Below, piece after piece: positions 58,048-64,000 of a stretch of DNA of 64,000 nt (position 1 is the stretch's first letter; every line of letters starts with the position of its first letter). Source of the DNA: a virus. The position numbers were made by a program, and so were the translations under genes. The stretch lies in the IMG/VR virus record IMGVR_UViG_3300042868_005761, positions 64,001 through 128,000 of that record; one strand, given 5' to 3'. Below the pieces are notes generated by a model. That model was not told the origin of the DNA and searched no databases. It worked only from the letters and a program-made list of their open reading frames with translations.

Positions 58048-60444
58048 TTACTGCTTGCCACTTCCCTCTGACGGGATAATTCCACCAATCTTATCTCCTT
58101 CGGCTGCTGTTGGGGCTGCTGTTGGGGCTGAAAGTCTTTCTGTATCTTTCATAAGGCGAGTCTCACCAGACTCATTTGTGATGATCCAATGCTCTTTTCT
58201 TAGTTCATCTTCTAATGTTTCTATTCTTCTAGCAAGTTTCTGCGCAGCATTAATTACATCTTCAGTTACATTAATTCCAGTTTTTTGACCTGCTGCTTCT
58301 CCATATAAACCATAACCTATGTTGGCTGCACATAGGCTATAAAAATTAAAAAAATGATCAAAAATATCACCCATTAAATCGCTTGTTACGCGCTCGCGCC
58401 GTGCTATTTGACTTTTACCACCGTAAGGAGCCCCAGGTAAATTTTTATTAAAAATTTCTATCGCAGTAATGTCTGGGGATTCTTGTTCTAGTCCTGTGAG
58501 AGCCCTATAGTAATTATCTTTCCTGGAATAGTAGTCTTTAATTCTTTCGCCGCAGTCTGAAAATAATAGCAATTGCTCTTTACCCGCAGGCTGAAACGCA
58601 CTTAACTTCAAAGAATTAGAAGCTCCAGATAGAGTAGGTGCAAGATATTTATTATAATTATTTACATAATATTCAAGAATATCATTTTCCATATCTCCTA
58701 TCACTACATCCCAAGTACTCCCAAAAAACCAAACCCTATACGCAGGAGTAGTCTCAGTTTTGGGCACCATAGTTGAAGTCATTATATGACCTGCTATATA
58801 ACTGGGATGACTTTTATGTAAATTATTGTTGATATCACTTTCTCTATAAAATCTCTTACTGGTGCTAGGATCCACCACAGTTGCAAACTTGTGATTTTTA
58901 ACAAAATTATAGCTCATTTGCCAACTGCTTTCTATTTCAGCATCAATCTTCCAGCGACTCTGAGGGTTCTCTCCGGTAACTGTAAGACCTAAGCTTGGAC
59001 TTGTCCATTGAACTTTATTTCTAATATTTGCTGCTTTTAGAATACCGTCAGTTTGAATCCACCATTTTGATCCATTAGCACCAAGAAAATGGGAAATATA
59101 CATCATCCAATAAGGAAAAACTCCATCAAAAGTACCAACAAGTTTTAGGTTTCTTTCGTTGACAGTTTCTATCCCTTTTTTATTTCTACTACCTGCACTA
59201 CCTGCACTACCTGTTGTACTAAGCTCTGGAAGTATGTCTTGTTTTATTAGCTTTTTGGTTTCCGGATCTTCAGTTTGAAAGTAGCTGTTATTTATTACAG
59301 CCTGAACTTGCCCTTCAAGCAATCCTCCAAAGGTATCTATAAATGCAAGTTCATCTGGCGCAAATCGGGAATCTAAGTATCTCATAGAAGTAAAATCACT
59401 ATCCATTCTTGTATCTAGATAAACAAAAGGATAAGGATTTCTAGCATCTCTAAATTTCATTTGGTCAGGATTCTCCGGGTCAACTTCAAGAAAAGCTGAC
59501 TCAACATAGTTCTTTGTTCCTCTGTTAGCCGCTTGGAATTGAGTCACAAGGAATTGATTTCTTCCCCATTCCGCCTTTTCTCGATCATATTTAGCTATAT
59601 ATTCAGGATTATTGATCATTAATCTTCTATATTCATGTGCCGCAACTACATAGCGATCTCTCATAGCTGTATGGCTTTGATACTGTAAGTATCCGGTTGC
59701 TGCCGAATCATTTATGGCATAAACAGTATTACCAGATTCTCTCTCAGCGACAGCTAATCTAAATAAAGTAGCATTAAACTTAAGAAGATAAGAATTTTCT
59801 GCTGAAAGATTATCTAATTGAAATACGTTTAAGTATCTCAAGTCAAAAGGTTTCATTCCACCACCAGGAGTACCTGGGTTAAAAGTAAGTATACTACTTG
59901 CATCAAGTTTGACACCAGGAAGAGCTTCATTGCGAGGAGGCGCTCCACTACCACTACCACTTCCAGAACCACTGCCGTCACCACTGCCGCTAGGGGCTCC
60001 CTGTCCAAAAATTCCCCCTGTCTCCGGATCAGTCCAAGCATCGGCAACTTGCCCGACATACTCAAACAGGCTCGGTAGGGATTCGTCTGAATCGTCTTCT
60101 TGATTATCACCAATGTAATCACTGGCTAATGCAGTAAGTCCGACTCCTCCTACAGCAAGAGGAACCCACAAGGGCGCGGTGGTCGCAAGCGCTCCGACAC
60201 CTCCGACTGTTAAAAATGTTCCTGCTATCGTAGTTACGTCTCCCTGTCGCCATCGTTCACCGTATGCATTGCCGAACCGTGCAATCGCGTCAAAAGCGCC
60301 TTGCTGTACTGGAACGTCTTGCTGTACTGGAGCAGCAATAGTACTTCCAGGAACTACTGCAGGGGTAGGAGTAGGAGGGGCACCTGAACCTTCAGCAACA
60401 CCAGAACCTTCTTCTCCTGTATATCCTCTTTGTTCTGCTGGCAT
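58048..60444 (-). CDS. Lysozyme-like / lytic transglycosylase-domain virion protein
   Basis: AERESGN..AIN.SAATGYLQY (catalytic Glu and GxxQ motif), distal YISHFLGANG; hydrophobic hairpin near the N-terminus. Confidence 0.65.
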   Translation of the reverse strand: MPAEQRGYTGEEGSGVAEGSGAPPTPTPAVVPGSTIAAPVQQDVPVQQGAFDAIARFGNAYGERWRQGDVTTIAGTFLTVGGVGALATTAPLWVPLAVGGVGLTALASDYIGDNQEDDSDESLPSLFEYVGQVADAWTDPETGGIFGQGAPSGSGDGSGSGSGSGSGAPPRNEALPGVKLDASSILTFNPGTPGGGMKPFDLRYLNVFQLDNLSAENSYLLKFNATLFRLAVAERESGNTVYAINDSAATGYLQYQSHTAMRDRYVVAAHEYRRLMINNPEYIAKYDREKAEWGRNQFLVTQFQAANRGTKNYVESAFLEVDPENPDQMKFRDARNPYPFVYLDTRMDSDFTSMRYLDSRFAPDELAFIDTFGGLLEGQVQAVINNSYFQTEDPETKKLIKQDILPELSTTGSAGSAGSRNKKGIETVNERNLKLVGTFDGVFPYWMMYISHFLGANGSKWWIQTDGILKAANIRNKVQWTSPSLGLTVTGENPQSRWKIDAEIESSWQMSYNFVKNHKFATVVDPSTSKRFYRESDINNNLHKSHPSYIAGHIMTSTMVPKTETTPAYRVWFFGSTWDVVIGDMENDILEYYVNNYNKYLAPTLSGASNSLKLSAFQPAGKEQLLLFSDCGERIKDYYSRKDNYYRALTGLEQESPDITAIEIFNKNLPGAPYGGKSQIARRERVTSDLMGDIFDHFFNFYSLCAANIGYGLYGEAAGQKTGINVTEDVINAAQKLARRIETLEDELRKEHWIITNESGETRLMKDTERLSAPTAAPTAAEGDKIGGIIPSEGSGKQ

Positions 60445-60465
60445 TTTAATTCCTTATTTCTAAAA

Positions 60466-61815
60466 TTAAGGCATGTTTCCGTTTCCGTTAGGTCCGGTAT
60501 TACTACCACTTGTGCTCATTGCGTGTTCTAATTCTCTGAAGGCCGCTAATTGCTGCTTGTCATATCCATCTGCAGTAACCTGTCCGTCTTCTTGGAATCT
60601 AATCTTAAATAGTCTTGCACGATCAAGTGCTAGTTTTCTTTTAAAATAAGTTCTTATTATATCCGCGACTTCTGGATCAATTGAGATGGACTTAAATTCT
60701 TTCCACTTTAATATTATAGAATCTCCTAGATTATGATTCTCAGACCCATAAGGGCTAATTTGAGTAAAGTCATATCTATTTAATTCATTCTCTTTATTAT
60801 TATTAACAATTTTTTGTGCCCATCTTGCATGTAGCCAATCAATGTATTGTTTGTAAAGGCTACTCTCATATGCAAACTGTGTAACGTCACTCTTTAACAT
60901 ATAGTTCTGATCAAGACTATTAATAGAATCAATTGTTTGATATGCAGGATTAACAACTGACAAATCACTTTCAGTTGTAGTTACTTGACTTGCACTATCG
61001 GCGCTAAGTTTAGGATTAACTGTCCACTCTTTTGATCCAAAATAATATGTAGTCTTCTCTGGGTCCAGATCTGATTCTTGCAATCTAGAAGGATACTTAT
61101 TCCAGTTTGGTAACTTACTCTGTATTCCAGCGTAGTTCATATTAACATCATAGAAAGATGATCCACTCTTAGCATCCCAATTCTTTTTAAATAACCACTT
61201 ATCGCTATATGGAGTATAGCCCATTGGACTTACTGTAAGAGTAGCAACAATAGTACCCGGCTCGCCTGGGCTTGTTGAGATTGCTAAGTTATGCATGCAA
61301 AATACCATATTATGTGTATGGGGTATTTTTAGTTTTGCTCGCAAAAAAGCATTCTCAATTACTGAGAATGGAATATGTTTGAACTGGATTATTAAGTCTA
61401 GAATGCCACCGCGCTTCTGAGTATTATTAATATTAAAATCTTCGTTGAGTGCTCCACTCTCAGAAGTTCTATCATCAATATTAATAATTGAATTCTTACT
61501 TGGGATATTTAAGTTGATAGAGAAAATTTCACTTGCAATACCTACTGGTACTTTTGAAGCAGAATTGCTTCTTAAGCTCTGAAATTCCGCATATGAATTT
61601 TCTTCTTGAGAACTTATTCTTTCTGGAGGCACTTCAAAATATAAATCGTTGACCCAGAATCCATGATTAAACTTATCACCATAAGTTGAATATCCACCTG
61701 CTGAATTAGCTGCAGCTGATATATCTCCGTCAACTGTGCTGTCTAAATAGTTTTTTGCATTGTAAGCATCTGGAAGAACTGTTCCAATGCTTGGTAAATA
61801 TCTTTTTGAAGCCAT
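60466..61815 (-). CDS. Putative tail protein (tube-initiator-like fold)
   Basis: FEVPPERIS..QSLRS; VIENAFL..TSPGEPGTIVATL is similar to a segment of the hub protein. Confidence 0.5.
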   Translation of the reverse strand: MASKRYLPSIGTVLPDAYNAKNYLDSTVDGDISAAANSAGGYSTYGDKFNHGFWVNDLYFEVPPERISSQEENSYAEFQSLRSNSASKVPVGIASEIFSINLNIPSKNSIINIDDRTSESGALNEDFNINNTQKRGGILDLIIQFKHIPFSVIENAFLRAKLKIPHTHNMVFCMHNLAISTSPGEPGTIVATLTVSPMGYTPYSDKWLFKKNWDAKSGSSFYDVNMNYAGIQSKLPNWNKYPSRLQESDLDPEKTTYYFGSKEWTVNPKLSADSASQVTTTESDLSVVNPAYQTIDSINSLDQNYMLKSDVTQFAYESSLYKQYIDWLHARWAQKIVNNNKENELNRYDFTQISPYGSENHNLGDSIILKWKEFKSISIDPEVADIIRTYFKRKLALDRARLFKIRFQEDGQVTADGYDKQQLAAFRELEHAMSTSGSNTGPNGNGNMP

Positions 61816-64000
61816 TATAGTTGTCTCTCCAAGTCTGTAGGTATATTGTAATTATGATTGATACTTACCCCAACTTGAGCTCCAGGAATTATTCCTTGAA
61901 TTGATCTGGCATATTCAACTGGATTTGTCTTATCAACAATCATTCCTCTATTTGATATCCTGACACTAGCATTGTTTAAGTAAGACTTAGCAGCAATGCT
62001 ATTAGGTGCAGTCATTGTTCCTGACATCTCAGGGGAGCCTGCACTTCTTGCCATTTCTTCATCATTGGCTTGGCTATAGTTAGAATAGTTGTCACTAAGT
62101 AGATTGCCACTATTAATAAGTTGCATATCTGCATTAGTTGGGGTCATCATCATTCTACCAGGTGGAGGGGGAGGAAGATCAGTAAGTGGCTCATCATCGT
62201 ATCCAGAGTTGAATAAAGCATATGCGCCAGTCATAACAGCAGCACCAACCATACCAGCTCTTGCAAACTTATTAGCAAATAGAGATTTAGATGCTTCCTT
62301 TGCATCTTTCAATTCTGCTCTTGCTAGCTGTGCAGCTGAAGTGTTTTTTGTTCTAGCGGCAGCTTTTGCTTTTTCTGATTGGTTTAATTGAGATAGACTA
62401 TCTCCAAGCGCAGTGCCTCCTCTGCCAGTTAATCCTTCCTTAAATTCAGCTACTCTTTTCTTAAATTCCTCTTGTCTTCCTTTGGGTAAGGCTGACACGG
62501 CAAAGTCTAATAGCATATCACTTCTACCAGAATCTAATTGATGTAATGCAAAATCAGAATCTGCACTTCCTGAAAGATAAGAATTTAGTGCGTCTTCTGC
62601 TGTCATCTTCTCAGCTTTTTGTCCGCCACCTACAAGAGATGCTCTTGCAAGAGAGAATGAGCCAAGGGCTTGATCACTATTTGTATCAATCTTGTCTGCG
62701 TCTCTAAAACCTAAGTCTTTTAGTAGAGACTTATACTGCGCAAAACCTTGCTCTACGTTTTCATTTGCAATAGCGCTATGGAAACGCTGATACAACATAG
62801 CACGTGGAGACGTAGCCATATGTTTGAAACCAACAGCTTTCTGCTCCATTGCTTGTAAGAAGTTTGTCATTTCTTCTGAAGAACTACTATCAATTCCACC
62901 AGTGCCTTTCATTACATAATTCATTCTATGCATGGCTCTAGCAGTATTTGAAATTAAACCAACATCTTCTTGACCGGCTTGTCTTAGGAAAGCTTCTTGT
63001 TTTCTAGTAGACTTAACTCCGCCGCCTTTAAGTAAGTCTTTAAAAGACTTCTCTAGGGTAGCTTCATTGCTTTGGCTTCTTAAATCGTATTTCTTTTGAC
63101 GTTCAAATTGTTGCTTTAGACTAGGTTGACTAATAAGATCACTTTGCTGTTGCCAGTAATCAGCTATATTCTTACCAGATCTATTTCTATCACCAGCACC
63201 AACCATCATTACAGCAGCGGTATCACCGTCAAAGTCTGATGAAGTCTTTCCTGTGATAAATCCACCAAGTCTTTTCCAGATCTTTGCTCCTTCAAAGTCT
63301 ACTTGTTCTCCAAGAATATTAGCTGTATAACCTCCAGTTACGTCTCTACGCTTATCGTAATAGCCCGCCATTGTAGACACAGACTCAGGACCTATCTGAG
63401 GATTTTGCCAGCCCATAACAGCGTAGTATTTGCCTTCTTCAAGAACACCTTTCTTCATTTTCTTTAGATAGTTCTTTTCACTTTTAGAGGCAGTTCTCAT
63501 TGCTTCATTAAAGTGTTCTTCGATAACTCTTTTGCTCATACCAACGCCATAGCCTTGAGTTTCTTTTGCAATCTTGTCATCTAGGTTTGCAATAACCATT
63601 CCATACTCTGCTCCACGTAGTCTTCCTTCAAAGGGTGCATTAAAAGCTTCCATTCCTTTTCTTGCTCCAACTTGCATAAGTTGGCTACGTAAAGTAGAAA
63701 ATACTTTTTTATCTACGTCATTTATATTTGTTTCAACACTTCTAAGTATCTCAGTAATCATTTCTTCAAGATCAGTATCTTCAACATTACGACCAGCTCT
63801 CGAATCTTTTAAAGACAATTTCTTTAAATCATCTGCACCAGGTATATAAATCTGACCAGTTTCATGCTTTAAGAAACCACCTTTTGCTTTGATTGTTGAT
63901 AGCATTTTGCGACGATCTGCCTCGCTTGTCTTTGTATCAGAGAAATCTAATACTTTATCTTTCTTTGTCAATTCACGAATTGAATTCTTTGAAAAACTAC
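61815..64000 (-). CDS. C-terminal part of a large protein with a two-barrel RNA polymerase-like DFDGD motif; 5' end lies outside the window
   Basis: WQNPQIGPES, SSDFDGDTAAV (DFDGD at 63222-63236), VGLISN; the frame stays open to the window edge. Confidence 0.65.
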   Translation of the reverse strand, partial: SFSKNSIRELTKKDKVLDFSDTKTSEADRRKMLSTIKAKGGFLKHETGQIYIPGADDLKKLSLKDSRAGRNVEDTDLEEMITEILRSVETNINDVDKKVFSTLRSQLMQVGARKGMEAFNAPFEGRLRGAEYGMVIANLDDKIAKETQGYGVGMSKRVIEEHFNEAMRTASKSEKNYLKKMKKGVLEEGKYYAVMGWQNPQIGPESVSTMAGYYDKRRDVTGGYTANILGEQVDFEGAKIWKRLGGFITGKTSSDFDGDTAAVMMVGAGDRNRSGKNIADYWQQQSDLISQPSLKQQFERQKKYDLRSQSNEATLEKSFKDLLKGGGVKSTRKQEAFLRQAGQEDVGLISNTARAMHRMNYVMKGTGGIDSSSSEEMTNFLQAMEQKAVGFKHMATSPRAMLYQRFHSAIANENVEQGFAQYKSLLKDLGFRDADKIDTNSDQALGSFSLARASLVGGGQKAEKMTAEDALNSYLSGSADSDFALHQLDSGRSDMLLDFAVSALPKGRQEEFKKRVAEFKEGLTGRGGTALGDSLSQLNQSEKAKAAARTKNTSAAQLARAELKDAKEASKSLFANKFARAGMVGAAVMTGAYALFNSGYDDEPLTDLPPPPPGRMMMTPTNADMQLINSGNLLSDNYSNYSQANDEEMARSAGSPEMSGTMTAPNSIAAKSYLNNASVRISNRGMIVDKTNPVEYARSIQGIIPGAQVGVSINHNYNIPTDLERQL

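Noticed and set aside
58100-59215. Short tandem repeats (12-bp unit near 58102-58130, 9-bp unit near 59190-59213)
   Set aside because: In-frame low-complexity linker coding (APTA, GSA); no sign of a separate function
1-64000. Stop-codon reassignment
   Set aside because: Genes are long and tightly packed in the standard code, and TAA, TAG and TGA all end genes at sensible boundaries

Overview
A 64-kb piece of a large, AT-rich, contractile-tailed (myovirus-like, probably jumbo) bacteriophage genome read in the standard bacterial code. It has two convergent blocks that meet at a bidirectional intrinsic terminator near 18.0 kb. Block 1 (1-17988, + strand) is replication and regulation: vWA protein, PhoH-type ATPase, a DNA polymerase III alpha (DnaE) split into two intein-less genes, metallophosphoesterase, tRNA-Asn, Cas4-like nuclease, sigma70-family factor, fused DnaG-DnaB primase-helicase, dUTPase, RusA and a Cys-rich MYXO-CTERM-like surface protein. 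Block 2 (18058-64000, - strand) is late and structural: holin/CHAP endolysin, two further large CHAP-like proteins, tail fibre and baseplate genes, a 2732-aa M15-peptidase/baseplate-hub protein, an M15 paralog, a transglycosylase-like protein, and the truncated C-terminal end of a large protein with a DFDGD two-barrel RNA polymerase motif. Best leads: (i) DnaE split through the palm active site, with each half keeping a degenerate copy of the other's motif; (ii) a candidate virion-packaged RNA polymerase in the tail module; (iii) a phage-borne myxobacterial-type cell-surface protein; (iv) six peptidoglycan-hydrolase-like domains. All family calls come from motif recognition by eye; no database search was run.
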